From Takakia lepidozioides (Eukaryota > Plantae > Bryophyta): a stretch of 64,000 nucleotides of DNA. Positions 33,901-45,158 of the stretch are shown here, one piece after another. The translations under genes and the position numbers were made by a program. The notes under the pieces are model-generated. The model made no database searches. It worked only from the letters and a program-made list of their open reading frames with translations, and was not told the origin of the DNA. The stretch lies in assembly GCA_030704615.1 (NCBI GenBank), contig CM060732.1, positions 69,502,001 to 69,566,000 of the forward strand. The letters run 5' to 3'. Within the stretch, counting starts at the first letter, position 1; the number at the start of each line of letters is the position of its first letter.

Positions 33901-36900
33901 TTGCAATGGTTTGTTGCGGTAATGGAGCGAGTAGTGTTCGATATTGTGTTGAACAGACCGGATGTGTTCAAAGTCCTATGGTGCGGCTCCCCATTTGAAA
34001 ACCGCATGCCAGCGATTCGCCATCTCGATGGAGCATGCTTGGGACGCCAAATCCAAGATATTGGTCTCATTGGCAACCTCCTAGAAGGTAATGCTGACTT
34101 CTTCTGGACCGTTGTGAAGTTCATGGTCTTTTCTTCCACCATCCTGTCAGACTCACTTTGTCCAACTAGGGTCCAACTCATCTGTTTCAGGAATGTCCGA
34201 TTTAGACGAGCACGTGCAGTGTGCTTTCGATTCCCTTGCCAGAGGTGCACGAGATGTTGTGCTGGCATTACGGGACTCCATGACATCGTTCAGCAGACTG
34301 CTGACGACGCCATTGCTCAGCAGATTGACCCACTGCAACAAAAAGAGCATGGACAGACTGTCAACACTATCCCAGCCACTGTTCAGGAGAGTGGGCGCAC
34401 TACAAGCCACACCGAGGACGAGGAAACTCATGAGCAAACCGGCGAGTAGACTGAAGGACTGCCTCTGCACCAGACCGTGCAGCATACCGATGACGTCGCT
34501 GTCAAGCAGACCGTCCAGCATACCAATGAGCATACCGGGCTGCAGACAGATGACCTGGCTGTGCACCGACAGACTGTGTAGCATACCATTGAGTAGACCG
34601 TCCAACAGACTGAAAGCAGTCACCACAATGACAGTGCCTTGCAAACTGTCCAGCAGATTCACGACCACACTGACTCGGAGGACCCAACTACACTTCCTGT
34701 CCACCAGTCTGGATCTTGGCTCGTTGAACAGAGTCGGCTGCACTGGCCTCAACGGGACCCTGTCTCTAAATTTGTGCGGAGTTCTATCAGTGCATTGACG
34801 GAGTCTTCTTTTCCCGCCGGGCCATCTTCACATATTGGCGCATCGTTTGAGGATATAAGCCAGGCACCGGTAAACCATTCTTCTCCAGTGTCCCATGGCC
34901 TGCCAACTATTTCCATTTAGCTCAGCCCGGTTTTGGTTCGTTTGCTTGCGAAAGCTATAGATGATTGTTACGTGATTGATCGTGATATGGGAACTCAACC
35001 CCGTATCATTGACCTTACTGAAGAACTAGATGATGTAGTTGCCGCGGATAATTTAGATGTCGGCGGTAGTCAAGCTTTTTCTGCATCAGACCCTGAAGAC
35101 ACAGTTGACATGCAAGTTGATAGATTGATCTCCTCCCTGCAAGAGCAGACCGACCACGAGAGTGACCACCAGGCTAAACAGCAGACTGACCAGAGCAAAA
35201 AGTAGACTGAGCACCAGACTGACCAAACTGAGGACAGTGAGCAGCAGACTGACGCTGAACATGGTCCTCTGAAGGAGGGCCAACATGCCGTTCGCCCCGC
35301 CCATGAGAGTGTCCACCAGACTCGACAACAGACTGACCAGAGCGGCGAGCAGACTGAGCACCAGACTGGCTAGACTGAAGACACTGAGCAGCAGACCGAT
35401 GCCGAACATGGACAGACTAAGGGCCAACATGCCGTTCCCCCCGCACACGAGAGTGTCCACCAGACTCGACAGCAGACTGACCATAGCGGCGAGCAGACTG
35501 AGCACCAGGCTAACCGCTCTTAGCAGCATAGACTGACTGACGTTCAAGCAGGGGAGCAGTCTGCCCAGTCGCTTCCTTCCAATGACACCGTACAGGTTGT
35601 GCTCTGCCATCTTCCACCTCTGTGATTTCAGATTTATGTTCAATTTCTGTGTATTGACAGGATCTGTTGTACCTACAAGACTTGAGGACACCGTTTCCCT
35701 CCCAGCAATTCCACAACCCGCCAATGTTGCTCACATTGGCTCCACAACCAGAAAATGTGGCTTACTTACAACGCCAACAGATGCACGGATTAGTTCAACG
35801 CATGCGACCCGTGAGGCTGCCAATACAGGTCCTGCAAGTGTGAACAAGCCTACAGACACAGTCGTCTTGTGAAGCAGGACTGCACTACTTCATCAGTCTG
35901 CTGAATCGAACCCGGCCACAGTAGTCGCCGAATCCCTGGGCACAAGTAGAGCGAAGAAGCGGATTGTCGTGGAGCAGACTCAGGAAATTCGGGAGGGTCC
36001 TGTTGCCAAGAAACCTGCGAAGAAAGGCAAGTCCGCTGTCTTCATGAACAAGGACCGCAAAATGGCGTTGGATATGGACAAGGAAGTGGTTCTTCAGCGA
36101 GAAATGCACCAGTGAGTAGTCCTACCAGTCTGCTCAGTCTGGTCACTCCAGTCTGCTCAGAAGTGTGAGTCTGCTCAGTCCGCTCGGTCTGGTGAGTCTG
36201 GCGAGTCCGCTCAGTCCGCTCGGTATGGGCAGTCTGTTGAATGGAGTCAGTCCGCTCAGAATGTTGCGTACATGGGTTTTCACACAAGGCCGTGGTCTGT
36301 GTGCAGGTTGGGTTCTCGTTTTGCGGCGGCCCTGCAACGGAATGTCGCGGCCGGCAATTGCATGGTTCACTTTTATGAAGGCGACCCCCGGTATGAGTGC
36401 TCCATCGGGCCTCCGGACTTGAAGCCACTTGAGACGGTGGAGTCAGAGTGCACAGATAGAATGCTGGAGCTGTGGTGTCGTTTCTATGATAAGACGGTTG
36501 AAGACAAGTACTCAAGTACTGTTGCTCTTCTGCCAGCCTCAACGTGGTCTCGTATGATGACACATTGGGACGGGCCACGGGAAAGGCTAGTGGAGTGTCT
36601 ACATTCTTGCTGGAGCGTCCCTCGGCTCGGCAAAGACATAAAAGATTGCCATCATATAATCGTTTTGATTGTGGAGGAGTAAGATCTCGCATACCCAATC
36701 TGTTCTGTCGGGCCAGTCTTTTGAATGACGTCACTACGTTCACACCTGCCTCTTGCCTGCTCAGTCTGGCAAATCTGCCCAGTCTTTTGAATGAGGACAG
36801 TCTGCTCGGTCTGCCCACTCAGCCCTGAGTCTGCTCAATCTGCCGAGTCTGCTGAGTCTACTCATTATGACGAATCTGCTGGGTGATGAGTCTTCTGAGT

Positions 36901-38337
36901 CTGCTGAGTCGTGACTCTGCCGAGTCGGCTGAGTGTAGTGGGACCCGTGCAGTGTGGGAGTCTATAGAGTCTGCAGGAGAGGCAATTGGAGTGGTCTGCT
37001 GAGTGGACTGCTGCCGTGAGACTCATGAGATTCGTCTTGCAGGGCGGACTGGAGTGTTGTTGTCATCGACGTGCGGAAAGGCTACTACACTCACATGAAC
37101 TCCATCGAGTCTTTGTATGGTTGCCCATATGTTTTGTCATGGATACGGAAGCTGCATGCGGAGTGTTTAGGCTACAGTGTTGATTCATCGGGTTGGGAGG
37201 AGGTTAGGGCATTTCAGTTCAACCAGCCTGAAGTGCCCCAACAGCCATTCAGCTGGGAATGCGGGTTTTACGTCATGTCCTTCATCCAAGGATATTATGA
37301 ATGGCTACAAACTGGGCATACTCGAACCTCTTCTAAAATGGCAGAGAGAGGAGTACATTTCACGAAACACTGGTTTACGTTCAAGTTTGCACTTGGCCAA
37401 CGGATGCAGTGTCTTAAGTACATCTTGACTGGTTTGAGTGCTGCTGAGAAAGCAGTATCCTCATAGATATCCATCTGGGTCCGAGACTAGAGGTGCACCA
37501 TAGGACGCATTTGTCGTGTAAGCATGTTTTTAAGCATTTGCAACGAAATAAAATATGACTTTGTATACACATCCTATTGGTCGCATATGAGTGCAGTGTG
37601 GAGTAGTCGTGACCAATTCACTGCATGTTGTTAAGCGGACTTACCTCTGCACACACAATCATTTTGTTTAATATACCAAGGGAGTCCACTGGTCAGCAAA
37701 CAGCCGAGAGTCAGTAGACTGCCAGAGTACGGGAAGAGGGTATGCCTAGGCTTGTGAGCAGACAGATGGCAATGTCGCCGAACTAACGAGAGTCCGACAG
37801 ACTGAGGAGTTGGGACCAATCCGGCAGACTGGTAGATGCGATTGGGAACCATGAGTCTGCACTGGTGAGCAGACTGTCGAGAGTCACTGGAGTGGTATAG
37901 TACAGGCGGATGGCATTGGCCAGTAGACTGCCAAGTCTGGTCAGCAGAGTAATGAGAGTCCACCGTGCTGAGAATGGCCAGTCTGATGGGCAGACCGCAT
38001 GAGGCTCACTGGTCAGCCAGGTGCAGACACGTTCAGAACTAGGAGACTGGTCTGCTCAGGAGAAGGCTGACACAACAGACTATTTGAAGACTGAGTCCTA
38101 GCCTGGTACAGCAGACTGGTTCAGATACCAGAAGAGTGGTTGAGCAAACTGGTTCAGACACCAGAAGACTGGTTGAGTAGACTGGATCAGATGGTAGAAG
38201 ATTGGTTCAGACGCCAGAAGACTGGTTTACCAGGCTGGTTGGTAGGTGGGTTGGACGTCTGGTGCACATGCAATCGTACCGCCGAAATTTTATTTCATGG
38301 GAAGAATGATACTGTACCATTTCTTACATTTCCTACT

Positions 38338-41300
38338 CTACTTTAAAACTGGTATACGGTCTGCGACTCTCCGGATTGTGGAGTATATGTGTGCTGCAGG
38401 TGTTGGGGCACCAACCCTCTTCCCTGTTTTGCGTAAGACCCTGGGTCGCGTTTTCCATGCCTCAACGAAATCCCATTTCCTTTTCAGCGACATATTGTTG
38501 TTGTCATTTACAGGACGGAAGCTCTTTGCTGCTGCAGGGTGCAGCATTCCTGCAGCACTCTTGGCGAGAATATCAACAAGCTGCCCCCTACAGATACGAA
38601 GAGAAGACAACACATGTTTCTGCAGGTATTTGTCGTCCCCAACAATGCGAAGTATGTTTGCAAATTCTTCATCCATGGAGGATGGTACGAGGACAGGCTC
38701 CGCATCATAGGGGAAGTCATCTGTGGAGGGCCCTCTGTTGCATTTCCCAAACCCTCTTCGTCGCCGACACTTGCATGAACCCTAAACACATTATGCAATC
38801 CTCCATGAATGGTTCCCAGCGCCGTGCCACAAGCGCGCACTATGAGTCCATCCTGCAAGTGTGGATGAAGCAACTTCAGGACTCGTACTTGATGCTTGCA
38901 CAAATTGCCCTTCATTGCCCATGGGCAAGTGCAAGAAGCTCATTTGCATCCGGGGTTGTAAACAATGTAAATTGTGTTTGGGTGATTGGTGCTTAGAACA
39001 TAGGCTGGTTGCCCAAGATGGAACGGAATAGTGACATTGCAAGCTGGGATATCGCGTGCCGCAAGCACAGAACTGGACATGTACTTCTCCTGCTTGTCAT
39101 TCCTTATGAATCCGTGCGTCTTTAGGTGAATTGCATACCAGTAGTGTGTTAGCACACGGCCTGTGAGTTCCCATATGAGCCAATCTACTCTACGCCCAGT
39201 CATTTTGCCTTTCCCCATCCTCAGTCTTGCCTTCAAGTTTCCATGGTATACCTCAATGCTAGCATTGGTGTCTTGACTGGCATGTGGAACATGGCGAGCT
39301 GCTGTACACCACATTGCTATTTTAGGACGCCATTCCTTATCGATGTAGTCCAGAAATTCATGCCCATTCGGATATTTCTTTCTCATGCGTCGGAGCATTG
39401 TTGCTACCCATGCAAGATCTTCTTTAGGATTGATTGGTTTTCGCGCATGATTGCTTCACCCAAGCCCCGCCGGACATGCCAAAAGCACAGGAAAATTAGC
39501 ACTCCTCAAAAAACAGCCCTGCAAAGTACACATGCCCACATGAAAGACTTCAAAGAGGACTTGGCCGGTGGATTTGGGCACTAACCCAGTAGACTGTCTA
39601 GTTGACTGGTCTGCCCGTCTGTTCCAAACGGATTCAGGCAGCAGACTCGCCCACTCTGACCTGCCATGAGTGTTGCCCTCATGACACCGCCAGCAGACCT
39701 GACCACGCTGACCTCACAACGGACTTACATAAGTGAGTCTTGCAACGGACTTGGCCAGAGGGCATCCCGACTGGACTGGGTTGCCAACAGACTTCCGAAC
39801 AATCCCCTCCGGCGGACTCGCCTGCCAGTGGACCAGAGTGAGGTCGCAGCAGACTGGCGCACGTGAGTCTTGCAGCGGACTGCTTGCGAACAATCCCCTC
39901 CGGCGGACCTGCCTGCCAGTGGACTTGCTAGACCAGACTGAGGTCGCAGCAGACTGGCGCACGTGAGTCTTGCAGCGGACTGTTTGGGAACAGTCCCATC
40001 CGGCGGACTCGCCTGCAAGCAGACTTGCTCGACCAGACTGAGGTCGCAGCAGACTGACGCACGTGAGTTTTGCAGCGGACTGCTTGCGAACAGTCCCCTC
40101 TGGCGGACCTGCCTGCCAGCGGACTTGCTGGACCAGACTAAGGTCGCAGCAGAATGGCGCATGTGAGTCTTGCAGCAGACTGCTTGCGAACATTCCCCTC
40201 CGGCGGACCGGCCTGCCAGCGGACTTGCCCTTAGGAGACCGGCAGCAGACTTACCCAGACGTTGCTGGAAGCACACCCGAGCAGACTGACCTTGCAGCGT
40301 ACTTGCGCAAGTGAGTCTTCTAGCGGACTTCGCTAGAGGACATTACCAGCGGACTGGTTTGTCAGCAGACTTGCATAAATGAATGGGCCAGACTTGCAGC
40401 CAGGACTGCGTTGTATGGCAAGGGACTTGCCGAAGAGACAGACAATGGACGCAGACGATGGACTTGCACGCGAGTGTACAGGAGGGTATGTGAAACTTAC
40501 GTAATGGCATTTATTTCAGCGTCGGCATCGTCCACGATGAAGGCATTGGGTCGCCAGTCCGGCATTTCTGCAAGGAGAGAGTCCCGCAAGGCTGCCATCC
40601 ACGGCACCAGGTCTGTTGTCCGCTCACGCGCGCATATGATGTACGCAACTGGTATACCGTTAAGCCACTCGTCGAAGACCATCAACGTGTACAATGGGAA
40701 TTGTTCAAATGCAGAATGTCAGATGCTGCCAGTGTACGTACATCCACTACTTCTGCAAGTGGATAAATTGTGAAAGGGATGAAGGGTACCTTGTGGTGAT
40801 TTGTCCCGAAGGTTGCATCGCATGCAACGATACGGGCATGGCCTAATTGAAACATTCGCTTCTGCTGCCACTCAGTCTGTATGCCGATTGTGAATGTTAA
40901 GTCGCCATCGTAGTGCTTGAATGTTGGCGCCAATTTTTCCTCTTGATAGAAGAAGACCGATTTCGGGTTTTGGTCTTTCCACATGTGGACACTCTCCGCA
41001 TCGTTGGCATGTTTTTTGAACGTTTGCCACGCCCATTTCTCGGCCAGGTTGTGCACATCCTGCTCTAGCAAAAAATCATCCTGTGTCCATGCATCCCCCA
41101 ACCCGGTGTTGTTCATGACGTGCTCTTTATGTTCCATCATGATTTGGGCGACTGACAGGCCTCGGCACAGACACTCCATGACCCATGCTTTCAATTGTGG
41201 TGCGTAGGCGTGGCGAGTGTTCCTGAACTCAACGGACTTCCCATGACAGGGGTTCCCTTTCGCGTCTGTATGCTCCATATTGTTGTAGTACGTGAGGACA

Positions 41301-41954
41301 CAAATGTCGGGGGCGAGATAGCATTGCTGGACCTTGAAACAGCACTGGCAACCACGCTTGTAAGACTCTCCATATTCCGACTTCTTTCTCCTTGGGCCTT
41401 TATGAGGGTGAGATGTTCCAGCACCCAGAAGAGGTCCTCCATGTTTCAGTTTCGGATCCTCCACTATCGCATTGTTGGTGCGTTTGTCATCAAGACCATA
41501 GCAGCATTGATACCTGGACATAAAAATCACAATGGATATCCATCGACTTCTGGAAGCATGAAATCACAGAACGTGGGTACGAAAAATGGCAACAGACATG
41601 CAATCAGACTACAAAAGGACGATGAGGATGAACACACATGATACTGTTTAGAGAACTGCTGGCTCTCGGCTCTTTTAGCATGTCGGGTTGCACTTTAGTA
41701 TGGACATTCACCCAAAACTGAGTGGGGTAGTCCACCAAACTCTCCTCTCCAAGGAGAAAGTCATCAACTCTATCCCACGGTATGCAGGCCTTCAGAACAT
41801 TCTGTCTGGCACCCATATAACCATATTGCGTGTCTCTCTTCCATTGGAGGTCCTTCCTGTTGAAGGGTCCTGGTTTGGGTGTTTGCAAACTTTGTCGAAG
41901 TATAATCCAGCATCTCGTTTTTAGTATATCATCACCTTCTGCTTCCATGTCCAT
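38338..41954 (-). pseudogene. MULE transposase with SWIM zinc finger (about 4 exons, disrupted)
   Basis: KRGCQCCF, DATFGTN, LMVFDEWLNGIPVAY, FIVDD, CFWHVRR, QDTNASIEVYH, SWIM-like C..KGNLCKH; GT-bounded introns; stops and frameshifts near 39.4-39.5 kb. Confidence 0.88.
39725..40300 (+). repeat. ~110-120 bp tandem repeat (4-5 units) in a transposase intron
   Basis: Recurring GTGAGTCTTGCAGCGGACTGCTTGCGAACAATCCCCTCCGGCGGAC...GAGGTCGCAGCAGACTGGCGCAC. Confidence 0.9.
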
Positions 41955-43339
41955 GCCCTGTACAGTACAGAGGACAAGCTTCAGAACCTGCAAGAAACGC
42001 GCCATAGTACACTGGACACGATGGACAACGTGCAAGGAGCATCAGTGCGCACGTTCGCAGCTGCTGGCAAGTGGCAGGCGGCAGGGATGAGGTTTCAATT
42101 CATGCCCTAAAAATGGAGGGCTCAGATGGCATTTGCGAACGGACGGTCCAGATGCAGCATCATCAGTGGACTGGAGGAAAGCGGACTCATGGGCGGCGGA
42201 CTGGCGGGCACACTGTTGGGTGGACTGGCCCGGACTGGCACAGCGGACTGGCATGGATGGCGCGGATGGGTTTCTCAGAATGGACGATCCAGATCCTTCG
42301 GCCAGCACGGACTGGTAGACTGGCAGACTGGGGGCAGCAGACGGGCACAACGGACTGTTGGGTGGACTTGCGGGGACTGCGGACTGGCGTGCACAGCAGA
42401 CTGGCCGGCAGACTGGCGGTTTGGCGGACTGAGGGGAACTGGACTCACGGGCAGCAGACTGGCGGGCGGACTGGCCGCGTCAGACTAGGGCCGCGGCTAG
42501 TGGGGCCGCGGCAGCAGGTGGGCGACCGCACGCAGCGGCGGGCGGGGGGAGCCGGGCGTCCGTGCGCGGGGCCCACCGGTCAGCTCGCGCGTGCGCCATA
42601 ATGTCCCAATTATTGTAAAATGAGAGGCCATATTTATACAGTAGTTTGAGTATTTTGGGGAACTGCCCGGACAAGGAGGGCGCGAAATGACAAGGGAGAG
42701 AAGAGAGGATGGATAGAGAAGGACCCTAGTTTTTCATGGGGAGGGAATGCTCTTTGGGATGGTGGTGATGATATGAATTTCTTTCTCAGTCCCTTCAACA
42801 GTATAAATGTTGAATTTGCTATACAATCCTACTGTGGGATCTGTTTTTGATGTGATATATTGCAAAAGTGTAGGGTCGTTTTCAAATGCAAAAACGGTTG
42901 CATAGGCAATTACAAAGTTTTCTTTAAGTGCAATGAGCATGTTCTTCTTACATGTATTTTTTACTTTTTTTCCTCCTGAAATTGTCATTTGTTTTACTTC
43001 CTGGAATTGTCATGTTGGCTGCAGAAAAGAACTATGAGGACTAATGGACCCTATGGTCGTCTACGCTCAACCAGCTCCGACCTAACGGTCATCACTAGAA
43101 CTTAATAATATTTTTCATGTTAGAATAAAGTTTGCAGGGGGCAGTAGCCCCCTTCATAAATGACATCATTTCGCTAGCAAATGATAAAGATGTCTTAAAT
43201 CCGTTTATGGAGAGTTTCTTGCCAATAAAAGTTTAGAGTGGAAGTGTAAGTGTAAGTGTAGTATTGTGCGCAAATTTGATACAATTTCACAATCTTCAAT
43301 GACATTTTCATTTCGCCATACAATATTCTTTGTATATTT

Positions 43340-44452
43340 CAGGGTTGGACTGGTTTATAGGTGAAGAACTGGTATAGGTATGCACTGAAATTAAATACTA
43401 GACCAGTCTATCATTTGGGAGAACACTTGGTCATATACCAGACGAGGCTGGTATCAGTTTTTTCATACCAGTACTCCCCTGCCCGTCTTCCTCATTTACC
43501 CTGGTATGTGCACTATATTGATTTATGTGTACATATGCATACATACTTGTATTTATGTATATTTATGTGTAATTGTATTTGTTTTCACTTGATGTGTAGT
43601 GCAATTTCATCAAACAGGGACTCTTTTGAATGTCCAAGAAAAAGACGTGGAGGGTCGGACAAATAGGATGGCGTGGGAAGGGGGGTGGCAAGGGGTAATT
43701 TTTCTTGTGAGGTGTGAAGTAAAGGGAGAAAGAATGAACCAAACGGGGCCACTTGGGATGTCAAGGAGTTTTGCCTCTGCTAGCCATCTAACCTACGATT
43801 AGTAGGTGGGTTATAGGGCCCACCCCCCCCCTCCCCCCCAAAAGGGGCAGTAGCCAAAAGGTGAAGTGACTCTTAGTTACGTGGGCTTCGGCCGGAGTCT
43901 TCTCTCTCTCTAGTAGGTGGGTTGCCGCGGCGGTGCAGCTTCCCATCTCACCTAGGATTATTGGGGTTTAGTAGGTGCATTGTCGTGTCGGTGTGCAAGC
44001 CATCTGGAGTTTAGGCAAGACCGCCATATTGGGACCCGGGTATTGGGTGTGGGTTGACTTTCGAGATATTGGGTAGTGCCTTAGAAGCATCTCACTAGTT
44101 GCTTGTAAGTGGTGTCTTCAACATGGTAAGGCATTACTACCTCGGTCCTAGTGGTGTGAGAGCCACTACTACCAATGTCATTAGTTATTTCCAACTTTGA
44201 GGATGGCCCTACAACTATTGGCGGGTAGGATGAAGGTGGCTGCTATTTGATAAATTTGTAATTCAAGATGGCTTTGGAATGATACTAGAGTTGATATCTC
44301 ATACCCACTGGTATTTTGGTCATGATACTCATACTCATACCAGTTCTGGAAAAATCCACCATCATACAGACCAGACTGGTATGAGGGTTTTGTGATAGGT
44401 TGTGTACCAGGACCAGACTGATATGTATAAAACTGATACCAGTCCAACACTG
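43340..44452. mobile_element. hAT-type MITE with a ~600 bp nested insertion
   Basis: TIR CAG(G/T)GTTGGACTGGT ... ACCAGTCCAACACTG; flanks GTATATTT/GTATATCC (imperfect 8-bp TSD); body matches 57110-57553. Confidence 0.7.
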
Positions 44453-45158
44453 GTATATCCCTAGAATATATGAAATTTCCTGTTTTGCTCATGGATGAAG
44501 TGACAGCATGAGTTTCACCGCTTCATGAGCTCCCCTGCTTCGGGCATGAGTCTTCCTCTCTACTTCAGGGTCTTGAGCAAGTACTCTGGAGATAAGAGCT
44601 AACAATCAACTATGCTTAAATGGATAAACTCATAGAGTACAGTCTGTGAAAACCCCTTGTGTATACGGGCAAGCATGCATCTGTTGAAGGACTGTGGGAC
44701 AAAGAATGACCACTGTTGCAAAGAGACATCTATCCACTTTTTCTGGCTGGAGACCCATACACAGAATTTGGCAAGCATAGATACCAAACCACCAAACTAC
44801 AAAACTTCTCTCTGAATATCTTACAAATCACAGCAAGTTGACATTTTCTTTTCAAAAATGAGAAGATGCAGATAGAGAGGCAGTTTTAAAGTTGGGACAG
44901 TAGCAACTTTACAATGTATCAACATGTCATGTTCTACTTTCAAACTTCTCCATTTCACATGTCTACCCGCATCTTTCTGCCCACAATAGACTTTTTGTCC
45001 AGCACCGCCTCCACCAACAATGGTTGATTGAATCCAAGTTGTGTACCTCAGGTCAAATCCCTGCCAGCTTCCTGAGTAGATGTAGTATTCACTCCCAAAT
45101 GTACTGTCTTTTGAACATGACCCCCCTCTCTAGCACCGTCACCAAGGAGATATGCATT

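Larger units (their letters stand above)
23027..37466 (+). pseudogene. Large multi-exon MULE accessory gene ending in a Ulp1/C48 peptidase domain
   Basis: C-terminal exons: (H>D)WSVVVID..HMNS..EVPQQPFSWECGFYVM. Upstream exons have Cys-rich stretches (CRECE, CISC, HCPFC) and unrecognised regions (33389-34449). The GT..AG intron ~25824-32885 contains CACTA C. Several stops and frameshifts. That this is a single gene is inferred. Confidence 0.65.
22430..42668. mobile_element. Mutator-like element (~20 kb including a nested CACTA) with SWIM transposase and Ulp1-protease genes
   Basis: Long GC-rich TIRs at 22459-22767 and 42252-42627; convergent transposase(-) and Ulp1 gene(+). Exact termini and a 9-bp TSD were not resolved. 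Confidence 0.85.

Noticed and set aside
32840-36818. Long minus-strand ORFs (264, 199, 212, 258 aa)
   Set aside because: Antisense shadows of the CAGACT-rich repeats and the plus-strand gene; low complexity.
39725-40300. CRISPR-like array or coding ORFs
   Set aside because: Whole units repeat without unique spacers; it lies in a transposase intron and the ORFs are repeat artefacts.
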